A stretch of DNA of 32,000 nucleotides, taken from NCBI RefSeq assembly GCF_018882085.1, contig NZ_JACVPB010000015.1, forward strand, positions 6,418 to 38,417, read 5' to 3'. This stretch comes from Polynucleobacter sp. AP-Reno-20A-A9. Lineage in GTDB: Bacteria; Pseudomonadota; Gammaproteobacteria; Burkholderiales; Burkholderiaceae. Positions within the stretch are counted from its first letter, which is position 1; each line of letters opens with the position of its first letter. The position numbers were made by a program, and so were the translations under genes. Below the pieces are notes generated by a model. The model ran no database searches. It saw only the letters and a program-made list of their open reading frames with translations, and was not told the DNA's origin. Below, piece after piece: positions 1 to 9,088 of this stretch.

Positions 1-281
1 TTGAAAAAGCCATTAGAACTTCAAGTCCATCAGTTTATCTACAAGTATCTAAAGATCGGCTAGCTAACTTGCAAGCTGAGTTTGATGATGCAAAAGAGAT
101 GGGCGAATCAACCGTTGATCTTGAAGAAAAACTCATCAAGGCTAATAAAGAAGTGCGCATCATGGCCAGGAGAGTGCAAACCTCACCCGGTTTACCGGAG
201 AAGGCGGTCGAAATTGCGCCAACAACATCAAGCGGTAAAGCCAAAATGGCTAATGACCCTAGAGAAATATTGAATCATTAA
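1..281 (+). CDS. 3' end of a hypothetical protein whose start lies upstream of the window
   Basis: Frame 3 is open from the window edge (EKAIRTSSPSVYLQVSKDRLANLQAEFDD...) to the stop at 279..281. No motif I recognise. Confidence 0.3.
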   Translation, partial: EKAIRTSSPSVYLQVSKDRLANLQAEFDDAKEMGESTVDLEEKLIKANKEVRIMARRVQTSPGLPEKAVEIAPTTSSGKAKMANDPREILNH

Positions 282-291
282 GAAAGTACCA

Positions 292-1044
292 ATGAAAAAA
301 ATCCTTGTAGCCTCGCTACTTACAATTTCAGCTCTGGCATTTGCAGCGCCGCCAACCGCATTTACCTTTGTGGCGCCAGCATCGGTTGCTGTTGCGCCAG
401 CATTAACCAACTTGCTTGGCGTAGTTAATGCATTTAAAGCCGTAGGAACAGCGTTTGCTTTGGCTGATCCCGTAGCAACTGGCTTATTGGATCAAGCTGC
501 CATCAATTTAACTCTCTCTGTTGATATTAAAAATATCGATACCTTGGCCATAAACTCTCCAGCCTATAACAGTACTACTGGGCAAATTACCTGGGTCAAT
601 AACTTTGCGACTTCAGTTGCGTCCTCAAATGCTTGGGTTCAAACTGATACGGCTGACTATGATGCAAAAGCGAAGTTATTTCGTGATGCTGGTGGTGCAT
701 ACGCAGTTACTGCAATCATGACTGGTGGATCGGGCGTTAATCATTTGCTGTCAGCCATTGATGGCACAACACGAATGGTTAATGGCGCCAGTTATATTCC
801 CGATAGCTCATTTAATACCCTAGTTACTAGCTTTAATACGGGCGCAACAGTTAGTCAAAAAATAGCTGACCTGGGAACTGCAGCAACTGCCTTGACCGCT
901 ATTCAAGCGCAAGGGTCTGCCATGGATATTGCTGGGGCGGTAGCCGTTACCACTTTAAATACTTTAGTTCTGCCTGCTGCTGGCAAGAATTCCGCATCGT
1001 ATAGCACCCTTAACTCTTTGCTGCTATACAACGCTTTACAGTAA
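292..1044 (+). CDS. secreted hypothetical protein
   Basis: 250-aa ORF. The N-terminus MKKILVASLLTISALAFA/AP looks like a Sec signal peptide with an AxA site. The mature part is Ala/Thr/Asn-rich with no recognisable domain. Confidence 0.55.
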   Translation: MKKILVASLLTISALAFAAPPTAFTFVAPASVAVAPALTNLLGVVNAFKAVGTAFALADPVATGLLDQAAINLTLSVDIKNIDTLAINSPAYNSTTGQITWVNNFATSVASSNAWVQTDTADYDAKAKLFRDAGGAYAVTAIMTGGSGVNHLLSAIDGTTRMVNGASYIPDSSFNTLVTSFNTGATVSQKIADLGTAATALTAIQAQGSAMDIAGAVAVTTLNTLVLPAAGKNSASYSTLNSLLLYNALQ

Positions 1045-1153
1045 ACAGCGATTGTTCATAAAGGTCAGCTATGGGTCGGAAACTGTCCAATGGGGTGCGC
1101 TAGACCCAGATGCCTCAAATCGGCCAACTGCAGACTCAAATAGATCCTTACAT

Positions 1154-1543
1154 TTAAGACTTTTTGTTTACTGCGTCCACAATCTCTCTGGCTTGGTTGG
1201 ATAAACGTACTGCCTCAGCCGCAGAATCAGCCGCCATCCTTGATGCCGCTGCGGCCTCGGTAGACGCTTTTAACAATGACTCCTCTGCTTGGTGGGCAAC
1301 CGCTGCTGAAGCTGCCGCCGCAGCCGAAGCCGCTGCCGACTCTACAGCTGCCAAAGCCGCTGCAACTGCTGCTGTGACTGCTGTTTCAACAACCTTGTGC
1401 AATGCTGGATTTTGTGAGGCTTCTTTTGCGGCCATCATGGCATTCATTGCGGCTATTCGAAATTGCTCGGTCGATTTAGCTGCGCGTTTGGCAGCTTCAG
1501 ATGACTGAAGGGTTAGTTCATTTAGTGATGACAGGGCAACCAA
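1154..1543 (-). CDS. Ala-rich coiled-coil hypothetical protein (possibly 1154..1642 interrupted by an in-frame TAG)
   Basis: 129-aa ORF whose only own start is TTG. The same frame continues upstream through TAG (1595..1597) to an ATG at 1642..1640. Low-complexity Ala-rich sequence. Confidence 0.35.
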   Translation of the reverse strand: MVALSSLNELTLQSSEAAKRAAKSTEQFRIAAMNAMMAAKEASQNPALHKVVETAVTAAVAAALAAVESAAASAAAAASAAVAHQAEESLLKASTEAAAASRMAADSAAEAVRLSNQAREIVDAVNKKS

Positions 1544-1656
1544 ATAGCTTTTACTAACACCCTTATAGGTATTGCGTAGATCTTCTAAATCAGCCTACAT
1601 TTCTGCTAGTTTTTTATAGACTAGCTCGAGTTCTTGACTCATTATTTATTTCCTTA

Positions 1657-3369
1657 TTGATGTTATGTGTCAACAATACTCCCTTAAGAGTGCCAATAGG
1701 AAGTATTCAAAAATGTTCTGAAGCGGTGCATAAACCAATAAATATTCAACAGAATAAGTATTCACGTCAAATTCAGGCGTATTCTGAGTGGATGAAGGAT
1801 ATAGGTCGAGCAACAAAATCAAACGGTAGCAGCCGACAGAGACTATCTGACTTATTAAGGTCGGTTGATGAACTAAATGCGTCTATCAAATCAGAGAAAA
1901 GAAAGCTGGTTGAAATTGCATCGCCACTAGACCTAATGGAGTTGCGGGCTGAAAAGGCTGAGAAAGCTGCAAAAGCTGGTGACGTTGCGCTTGAAGCTTT
2001 AAAAATCCTACAAAAAAATAGTCTGGAAATTATCAGGGCTGGTGACATTGCTATGGCCGCCTTGCGCGCTACTATCAGGGAGAATGACGCTGATGCTGCT
2101 GAGAAACAAATGGCGCTTGAGGAGCTTGCCAAAGTTATTGAGAAAAATACCGTCAGCCTAAAAGCATCGGCATTGGCATTTAGTGCAGTAAATGAGTTGG
2201 CTTTCCATGATGAGTTAACGGGCCTGCCAAATAGAAGATTGCTAAATGATCGGCTATGGCAAATTATTGCCAACAACAAACGTTGGGATAGTTATAGCGC
2301 CGCTATTTTTATAGATTTAGACAAGTTTAAGCTCCTTAATGATGAATTTGGACATGAGGCAGGTGATGAACTTTTAATAGCAGTTGGAAAACGATTGCAA
2401 CACTGTGTGCGCGAAACAGATACGGTTGCCCGTTATGGTGGCGATGAGTTTGTAATCTTGTTAAGCAGACTGAATGGCAATCTAGTAGAAGCTAGGGCTG
2501 AAGCTGAAGAGGTCGCAAATAAAATACTTGCTAGCATGGCTGCGCCTTATAAAGTTCATGTTCATCAGAATCATGATCCAGTTGCGGTAATTGATTATCA
2601 ATGTTTTGGCAGCATTGGTGTTGCTATGTTTGGCGGTGATGACACTGAGGGAAATAGCATTCTTGATTGGGCTGATGAGGCTATGTATTGGGCTAAAAGT
2701 GAGGGTGGAAAGACGGTACGCATTTACGATGCCAAAAACTCTACAGAACAAACCTTAATAGGGCTTTATGAATTAGCAACTCACAATGATATTGAGACGG
2801 CTAATCATGGAATAAGGACGCGGCAATACGTCAAGACGTTAGCCAATAGAGCCAAGGACATGAACCTGTTCCCCGGAGAGCTTACCAACCAAATTATTGA
2901 GCGCTTGTTTAAAACCACCCAACTTCACGATATTGGTAAAACCAAGATACCGTATGCAATTATTCATAAGAAGGAGAAGTTAACGCCAGAAGAGTGGGTT
3001 GAGATGAAAAAGCACACTACTTATGGCGCAGACATTCTACGGGCTGCCAAGAAGCAAAACACTAGCTTGAGCGACTTTCTTAATACCGCAATAGATGTGG
3101 CAGAGGCGCATCATGAGCGCTGGGACGGAACAGGATACCCAAAAGGTTTAGCCAAGGATGACATTCCTTTAGCGGGACGACTTATGGCAATTGCCGACGT
3201 TTATGACGCCTTAGTCAGTAAGCGAAGTTATAAAAACGCATGGACTCATAAGGATGCGGTTAACGAGATTGTGTCCAAAGTCGGCACTCAATTTGACCCC
3301 CTTTTAGTAGAGGCATTCAAATTGGAAGAAGATCACTTCAATTTAATAGCTGAGAATGCAAAAGACTAA
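1657..3369 (+). CDS. GGDEF diguanylate cyclase / HD-GYP phosphodiesterase hybrid protein
   Basis: An RxxD I-site (RETD) lies five residues before an intact GGDEF (RYGGDEFVILL). Downstream HDIGK and HHERWDGTGYP are HD-GYP hallmarks. The N-terminal ~190 aa is Ala/Glu/Lys coiled coil with no recognisable sensor domain. The start is ambiguous: TTG 1657, ATG 1660 or ATG 1792. Confidence 0.85.
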   Translation: MMLCVNNTPLRVPIGSIQKCSEAVHKPINIQQNKYSRQIQAYSEWMKDIGRATKSNGSSRQRLSDLLRSVDELNASIKSEKRKLVEIASPLDLMELRAEKAEKAAKAGDVALEALKILQKNSLEIIRAGDIAMAALRATIRENDADAAEKQMALEELAKVIEKNTVSLKASALAFSAVNELAFHDELTGLPNRRLLNDRLWQIIANNKRWDSYSAAIFIDLDKFKLLNDEFGHEAGDELLIAVGKRLQHCVRETDTVARYGGDEFVILLSRLNGNLVEARAEAEEVANKILASMAAPYKVHVHQNHDPVAVIDYQCFGSIGVAMFGGDDTEGNSILDWADEAMYWAKSEGGKTVRIYDAKNSTEQTLIGLYELATHNDIETANHGIRTRQYVKTLANRAKDMNLFPGELTNQIIERLFKTTQLHDIGKTKIPYAIIHKKEKLTPEEWVEMKKHTTYGADILRAAKKQNTSLSDFLNTAIDVAEAHHERWDGTGYPKGLAKDDIPLAGRLMAIADVYDALVSKRSYKNAWTHKDAVNEIVSKVGTQFDPLLVEAFKLEEDHFNLIAENAKD

Positions 3370-3429
3370 AAAGACGTAATACAAATCAATGATCAGCCTG
3401 AAAATAAGATTAATGCTTATGAGCAGCAC

Positions 3430-3813
3430 TTGCTAGATAGAGTGGTGGCGTTAAGGCATGAAGTCGATAACCTAAGCCACGCTTATGTGATAGTCAATGA
3501 GCGATTTAATAAACTATCTTCACATGCTCATTTGGCTACCACCGCCTCGCTTCAAGAGGCAATTAACGCTGAAGAGTTAGCAAGACTTTGTCTTGTGGCT
3601 TGCAAAAATGCTCACAATGCCGCGCTTGTGCTTGACGATCCAGTCCTTATAGAGCTTACGGGGCTGATGGTGGTAGATCAATTCGCGAAAACCGTATTGC
3701 AGATTGCTGACCGTGGATACGTATTTTCTTCTGGAAAAATTACCCTAGAAGGTAATGCAGTAGATCTACTGCAATCAGAGGAAATGATTAGCGAGTACTT
3801 GGGAGAGGGTTAA
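3430..3813 (+). pseudogene. decayed C-terminal remnant of a LivF/UrtE-type ABC transporter ATPase
   Basis: There is no ATG, only TTG 3430. It is in the same frame as the preceding ORF, separated only by that ORF's TAA. The C-terminus MVVDQFAKTVLQIADRGYVFSSGKITLEGNAVDLLQSEEMISEYLGEG matches the conserved LivF-type tail (..VEQNA...ADRGYVLE.G.i...G....L.....v...YLGG). LVLDDP and SLQEAI occupy the Walker B and signature positions but are degenerate. The Walker A half is absent. Confidence 0.55.
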
Positions 3814-4235
3814 TCTGTTTTAACAAAGGTTAAGATGCTGCGCTGTAGACCTTTATCTGCCCAATTGGGCATGATGCGCCAAGTAGTCAAAACGCGAAGG
3901 CGGTCATCTTGAATTTCAAATTGACGTCTTTGCTCTGTATTCACCCAATCAGGCTTCCAGGCAACCTGAACGCTCGTGATCCATTCATTACCTTCTATGC
4001 GGTAGGTGCCTGCGTAGGATACTAGGCTGTTTAATAATTCCGCGCTATCTTCGCTGCTTGAGGCTGGCTTTCGACCCTCACCAGTTAATGTCACCATGAC
4101 ATGGTTATTTTCAGTGATGCAGATGAATCCAGTTGGTTTCTGTCCTAGGGGATAAAAAAACTCGCCCGTTTCTTGTATTTCTACTTCGTAGGAAAATAAT
4201 TTCCATATTCCTATAAGTGCTTGATTGCTTTTCAT
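3810..4235 (-). CDS. lipocalin-like domain protein
   Basis: 141 aa. The N-terminal LIGIWKLFSYEVE...PLGQKPTGFICITENNHVMVTL fits the G.W.L.s.e....g....P.G..p.G.l.Y pattern of bacterial lipocalin-like domain proteins. Its stop overlaps the convergent remnant's stop (TTAA at 3810..3813). Confidence 0.55.
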   Translation of the reverse strand: MKSNQALIGIWKLFSYEVEIQETGEFFYPLGQKPTGFICITENNHVMVTLTGEGRKPASSSEDSAELLNSLVSYAGTYRIEGNEWITSVQVAWKPDWVNTEQRRQFEIQDDRLRVLTTWRIMPNWADKGLQRSILTFVKTD

Positions 4236-4240
4236 GAGGC

Positions 4241-5011
4241 TTATTTTCGCATTTCTGCTTGAAAGATTTCAAGGGCTTTTGACTTGATCTGAATGAACTC
4301 AGGATGGCTTACTGCTTCAGGCAAGCGTGGTTTTGGCATATCAAAATATAAAAGAGAGGCAATCGCCGTTGGTCTTCTTGTGAGAAGGAGAATCTCATCG
4401 GCTAGAAAGACCGCATCTTCAAGATCATGAGAGACGATCATCATTGTTGTGCCAGTGGTAATGTTCGCCTCTTGCAGCTTTTCTCTGATGAAGAGTGTCA
4501 TTTCAAAGTCTAAGGCTGAGAATGGCTCATCTAGGAAGAGTATCTCTGGCTTAGGTGCTAAGGCTCGCATAATTGATATGGTTTGCTGTTGTCCACCAGA
4601 AAGCTCATAAGGGTATAGATCCAGATTGAATCGTATTTCAAATAGCTGAACCAATTCCTCGACGCGAGCAGTTACTTTAGCCTCGCTCATTCCAGTGCGC
4701 CTTAGCGGATAGGCTATGTTGTCGCGGGAGCTCATCCATGGAAATAGAGCGTCTCTGTAGTTTTGAAAGACATACCCAATCTTAGTATCTTTTAAATCTT
4801 TTCCATCAAACAAGACCTGACCAGAGTCATAGGGCATTAGCCCTGCGATCATATTAATAAGAGTAGATTTTCCGCAACCATTTGGCCCAAATATAGAAAT
4901 AATCTTTCCATACGGAATTTCAAAGTTAAAGTCTTTGTAAAGAGTCGCGCCGCCAAACTCTTTGCATAAGTTCCGAATAGTGACGTGCGTGCGTGGCGGG
5001 TTTTGGCTCAT
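4241..5011 (-). CDS. ABC transporter ATP-binding protein (NitT/TauT nitrate/sulfonate/taurine-like family)
   Basis: Walker A GPNGCGKST, signature LSGGQQQ, Walker B ILFLDEPFSALD and H-loop SHD. ATGA overlap with the upstream permease at 5008..5011. Confidence 0.9.
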   Translation of the reverse strand: MSQNPPRTHVTIRNLCKEFGGATLYKDFNFEIPYGKIISIFGPNGCGKSTLINMIAGLMPYDSGQVLFDGKDLKDTKIGYVFQNYRDALFPWMSSRDNIAYPLRRTGMSEAKVTARVEELVQLFEIRFNLDLYPYELSGGQQQTISIMRALAPKPEILFLDEPFSALDFEMTLFIREKLQEANITTGTTMMIVSHDLEDAVFLADEILLLTRRPTAIASLLYFDMPKPRLPEAVSHPEFIQIKSKALEIFQAEMRK

Positions 5012-5781
5012 GCTTTTCCGCTCCAGTGAACTAACTTCGATTCAGTTGCGATAAAGATCAAATTAAGCGCGTAACCAAGTGCACCGGTAATAAGTATTGA
5101 GCTATACATATCTTTGATATTAAATACTTGCTGAGCATCAATAATTCGGTGCCCTAGACCTGCTTCAGACCCAATGAACATCTCGGCAACAATTACTATA
5201 ACCAGCGCTAGGGATACACCAGTCCTAAGCCCTACAAAGGTTTGAGGCAGGCTTTCCATTAGGAGTACGTCTTTAAAAATATGGAAGTTACTGATGCCCA
5301 TAGTCTTGGCTGCCATTACCCGGGTTTTCTTGGCATTCATTACGCCATAGGCGCTATTAAAGAGAATCACAAGCACGGCTGCAAAGGCGGCGATCGCAAT
5401 TTTATTAATATCAGTAATACCAAAGATCAGCATAAACAACGGAATCAGTGCCGAAGATGGTGTTGATCTGAAAAAATCAATTAAAAATTCAACACTTCTG
5501 TAGGCTGGGACTGAGCTACCTAAAATGACGCCAAGAGGAACTCCGATTACGCAGGCAATTAGAAATGCGTAGAAAGTACGAAGTACAGTCGCCCAAAGAT
5601 CCTTAAAAATTGCCCCCGTAACAAATAGGTGGCCCATGTATTCAAAGGTTGCATTCGGAGCAGGCAGTAACGTTGGTGAAACCCACTTCGCCGAGAGCGT
5701 TAGCGACCAGAGTAGATAAAGCAAGACCGGCCCAATAAAGGGAAGCACCATGAATAGGTGCTTGCGATGATTCAAATTCAT
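5008..5781 (-). CDS. ABC transporter permease (NitT/TauT family)
   Basis: 257 aa and multi-span hydrophobic. Typical binding-protein-dependent inner-membrane component, sitting between the binding-protein and ATPase genes. Confidence 0.85.
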   Translation of the reverse strand: MNLNHRKHLFMVLPFIGPVLLYLLWSLTLSAKWVSPTLLPAPNATFEYMGHLFVTGAIFKDLWATVLRTFYAFLIACVIGVPLGVILGSSVPAYRSVEFLIDFFRSTPSSALIPLFMLIFGITDINKIAIAAFAAVLVILFNSAYGVMNAKKTRVMAAKTMGISNFHIFKDVLLMESLPQTFVGLRTGVSLALVIVIVAEMFIGSEAGLGHRIIDAQQVFNIKDMYSSILITGALGYALNLIFIATESKLVHWSGKA

Positions 5782-5783
5782 TA

Positions 5784-6779
5784 TTAGGACTGCTTGTAGA
5801 TAAGTGTTAGTGCCGATATGGGTTTTTCAAAAACTTTACGCTCGGTAAATACATCAAATAGTCGTTGCAATGCTTTTACATCAGCAGCTTTCACTTCGTT
5901 ATATTGGATGTATCCGCTAATTGGTACCTCTTTGGCTAAATCGCCGTCAATCGCTGTGTAGTCTTTTAGATATTGATTGGCAGCCATACCTTCTTTGCGA
6001 ACATACTCAACGCCCCCTGCATACCCTTTAATAAATCCATTAATTAAGTCCGCTTTTTCTTTTAGCGTCTTAGAGGTGAGTGCAGCTGCGCCGCCTATCC
6101 AAGGAAGGTTATCGCCTAAAACATATTTTGATACCACTCCTGCGCCAATTGAGCGTGAGATTTTTTGTTGTTTTCCAATGACTGCAGTTGGCTCTAGTAC
6201 ATAGGCCCCATCAATTTGACCGGCTACTAAGGCCGGTAGGATTTGGGCAATAGGCAACTCAATGACTTGAGCATTGGTCGCTCCCGCGCCTGCTAGTACT
6301 GCCTTAGCGAGGGTGACATTATTGATTCCGGGACCACAGGCAACTTTTTTCCCGGCAAGCTCAGAAATCCCCTTAATACTGGAGTTAATTGGAACGATAA
6401 CCTGGTCCAAGATATATTTTTCGTTTGCGTAGTTCATGCAAGTAAATTTGATTGAACCGGGTGACTGAGCATCAGCTAAGGCAAGCGCTGTAATGGCTAC
6501 TCCATTTGCGCAACCATCAATCCTGCCAGCGATCATAGCTTCTACTACCTGATTTGGGCTTGCAAACTTCACGGCCTCTACATTTACTCCTGCTTGTTTG
6601 AAGAGACCACGATCAACGGCAGCATAAAAAGGTAGGCCGGCTGCAATGGGCCAATACCCAATCAATAACTTCTTTTCTTCTGCTTTTGCGCTGAGGCCGA
6701 TAGATCCCATCGCTAAAGCAAGACTAGATTTGAGGCCGAGTACCAGTGTGTCGCGCCTAGAGAATTTTTTTGAGTTCAT
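5784..6779 (-). CDS. ABC transporter substrate-binding protein (NMT1/THI5-like), Tat-type signal
   Basis: 331 aa. The N-terminus MNSKKFSRRDTLVLGLKSSLALAMGSIGLSAKA carries a twin-arginine motif. It lies 2 nt from the permease gene. Confidence 0.85.
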   Translation of the reverse strand: MNSKKFSRRDTLVLGLKSSLALAMGSIGLSAKAEEKKLLIGYWPIAAGLPFYAAVDRGLFKQAGVNVEAVKFASPNQVVEAMIAGRIDGCANGVAITALALADAQSPGSIKFTCMNYANEKYILDQVIVPINSSIKGISELAGKKVACGPGINNVTLAKAVLAGAGATNAQVIELPIAQILPALVAGQIDGAYVLEPTAVIGKQQKISRSIGAGVVSKYVLGDNLPWIGGAAALTSKTLKEKADLINGFIKGYAGGVEYVRKEGMAANQYLKDYTAIDGDLAKEVPISGYIQYNEVKAADVKALQRLFDVFTERKVFEKPISALTLIYKQS

Positions 6780-6846
6780 GCATCCATTCCTTTAAGTAAT
6801 GTATGCATCCTAAGGCTATCTTATAGGTATTAACGATTACTATTCT

Positions 6847-8025
6847 TCATGTTGGTGCATAGATTTCACCTAAAAGTGACATGTCCATATTTTGCTTGGC
6901 TAGGATGGATACCCCAAATGGTGCATCTTGAATGGTAAGCAAGGGCAGTGTTACTTGTGGGAGGCCGCATAGGCCAGCGATACAAAGTAATTGAAAACTA
7001 TTTTTTCTAAAGTCATCAAATTCTTTTGCGCTTGAGTCCAAGCGTGGCGCTATATCAAAAACGGTGGGAAGTATTAGATAAGTATTTTCAGAAAGCAGTT
7101 GAGCCATCTTGGCAGTGACTTTTTCTCGGTCAGAGCGAGCTTTAATTTTTTGATTCTCAGTGATGGAGCGCGCAGCCTCAAAGCGATCTTTTACTCCAGG
7201 CCCCATCTCGCTGAGATGTTCGGATGCCCAATTACCATGCTGTTCCCAGATTTCTCCAGCTTGAATAATTCTAAATGTCTCTGCCCAATCTTTGAGCTCG
7301 CAGTTGCCGATCTCAACCGTAGGAATTTGAGCTCTTCCCAGTCGGAGTGAGATAGCTTCTTGCGCCTGTTTGCTAAGGCTGGGGGGTAATAAGTCAAATG
7401 CCTCTTTTAAGAAAAAGTAGGATGCGCTGGCGTTTCTTGTCCGAGTTTCATTAAAAAGAACTTCTCCCACCTTCAAGAGGATTTCTGGATCTCGTGCAAA
7501 CCAACCTAAAGTATCGAAACTTTTTGCTAGTGGACGAGCTCTCTCAAGGCTAATACGCCCATGTGTAGGGCGGAAACCATATATACCGCAGAAGCTAGCC
7601 GGAGCTCTAACAGAACCCCCAGTATCTGAGCCTATAGCAAAGTCAACTAGCTTAGCAGCAACTGCAGATGCTGATCCGCTAGAAGATCCTCCTGGAACTC
7701 TGTTGGGGGCGGCAGTATTTAAGGGTGTACCGTAATGCGCATTCATTCCTAGAATGCTATAGGTTAGTTCGTCAGTATGAGTCTTCCCAACTAATGACGC
7801 GCCAGCATCTACAAGGCTTGAGATAAATGTAGCCGTCTCAGTAGGAATGGGATGGGAGTTCAGCCAGGCAGGACTCCCAAATGCTGTTGGTATATTAGCG
7901 ATGTCAAAAATATCCTTTACCCCAAAGGTTAAATCTTTTAGCGGGCCTGATTTTGTCGAGAGTATCTCTATCGGAGCATCTACACAAAAGGCTCGGGCTG
8001 TATCGCGTTCAAAAATTGTGGGCAT
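6847..8025 (-). CDS. amidase-signature family hydrolase
   Basis: 392 aa with KDIFDI (catalytic Lys context) and GGSSSGSASAV...GSDTGGSVRAPASFCG, the amidase signature. First gene of the minus-strand module. Confidence 0.85.
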   Translation of the reverse strand: MPTIFERDTARAFCVDAPIEILSTKSGPLKDLTFGVKDIFDIANIPTAFGSPAWLNSHPIPTETATFISSLVDAGASLVGKTHTDELTYSILGMNAHYGTPLNTAAPNRVPGGSSSGSASAVAAKLVDFAIGSDTGGSVRAPASFCGIYGFRPTHGRISLERARPLAKSFDTLGWFARDPEILLKVGEVLFNETRTRNASASYFFLKEAFDLLPPSLSKQAQEAISLRLGRAQIPTVEIGNCELKDWAETFRIIQAGEIWEQHGNWASEHLSEMGPGVKDRFEAARSITENQKIKARSDREKVTAKMAQLLSENTYLILPTVFDIAPRLDSSAKEFDDFRKNSFQLLCIAGLCGLPQVTLPLLTIQDAPFGVSILAKQNMDMSLLGEIYAPT

Positions 8026-8072
8026 AATGGACCAATAAGTAAGTGATTGAATTTATCTTAGGAGTGTATGGC

Positions 8073-8888
8073 ATGTGGAAAAATTTTTCCAAAGAGAATT
8101 TAGATAAGGCTTACAACAATTCTTTAGCCGTTGCTAATAGCGCAGAGATCGTGCGGTCATGGGTTCAGTCTAGTATCTCGGCCAAGGAAAAACTACCTGG
8201 GGATTGTGATATTTCTTACGGGGATACAAAATTTCAAGCTTTCGATTTTTTCTCCGCGGGAGACAATGCTCCCGTTATCGTATTTCTGCATGGCGGGTTT
8301 TGGCAGATGCGGTCTAAGGATGACTTTACTTTCGTTGCTCCTCCATTGGTTCAGGCGGGTTTTAGCGTGGCAATGCTCGGGTATCGTTTGGCGCCCTATG
8401 CCAATATGCATGAAATTGTTCGGGATGTAAGAGATGGCCTAAAAGCAATTGGCGTTTACATGAATAAGAATCAGATGGTTCCTCAAGGTCTATGGCTAAT
8501 AGGCTGGTCTGCGGGTGCCCATCTCATATCAATGGTTCAGGATGAAGAGTGCGTCCTAGGGGGCACTGCAATTAGTGGCATTTACGATTTAGAGCCAATG
8601 AGGCATTGCTATATCAATGAAAAACTAGCGCTGGATGAAGGCACTTCATTAAAGAATTCACCAATTCTGCTTCAGCAAAATACCTCCAAGCCCCTAGATA
8701 TCTTTGTAGGTGGCTCTGAATTGCCAGAGATGCAAAGGCAGTCGGTTGATTTTTCTGTCTATAGAAATTCAACTGAGGCGGAGGGCAGTTTTAAAACCAT
8801 CCCCGAAAAAAATCACTACACAATACTAGATGAACTGACGGATAAAAATGGAGAGATATTTAAAGTTTTAGTCAGTCGTTTAATTTAA
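8073..8888 (+). CDS. alpha/beta hydrolase (esterase/arylformamidase-like)
   Basis: HGGFW oxyanion motif and GWSAGAHL nucleophile elbow. The start is moved to ATG 8073, which lies 8 nt after AGGAG (8060..8064), instead of the ORF-track 8043. Confidence 0.75.
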   Translation: MWKNFSKENLDKAYNNSLAVANSAEIVRSWVQSSISAKEKLPGDCDISYGDTKFQAFDFFSAGDNAPVIVFLHGGFWQMRSKDDFTFVAPPLVQAGFSVAMLGYRLAPYANMHEIVRDVRDGLKAIGVYMNKNQMVPQGLWLIGWSAGAHLISMVQDEECVLGGTAISGIYDLEPMRHCYINEKLALDEGTSLKNSPILLQQNTSKPLDIFVGGSELPEMQRQSVDFSVYRNSTEAEGSFKTIPEKNHYTILDELTDKNGEIFKVLVSRLI

Positions 8889-8900
8889 TTATTAATCATT

Positions 8901-8938
8901 CAAATAAAAAAACTACCTAAGGGTAGTTTTTTTATTTG
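8901..8938. terminator. bidirectional Rho-independent terminator
   Basis: 17-bp perfect inverted repeat CAAATAAAAAAACTACC / GGTAGTTTTTTTATTTG around a 4-nt loop. There are A/T runs on both sides, and it lies directly after the hydrolase stop. Confidence 0.6.
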
Positions 8939-9088
8939 AACTAAGTAGTGTACTGATAGTGCGCACCACATTGATGAATGCTGCACTTTTATCGATGATT
9001 GCGCACTAAATTAATGCAGCTACATTCACTAGTGATGGGAGCTTATGTAAGTATCAACCCCAATAAAAATATTTCATGGAGATTGATA

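Noticed and set aside
1164-2279. Antisense ORFs 1164..1508 (+) and 1773..2279 (-)
   Set aside because: They are shadows of Ala-rich or coiled-coil coding sequence on the opposite strand (GCN-rich codons keep the reverse frame open). The motif-bearing frames explain the DNA.
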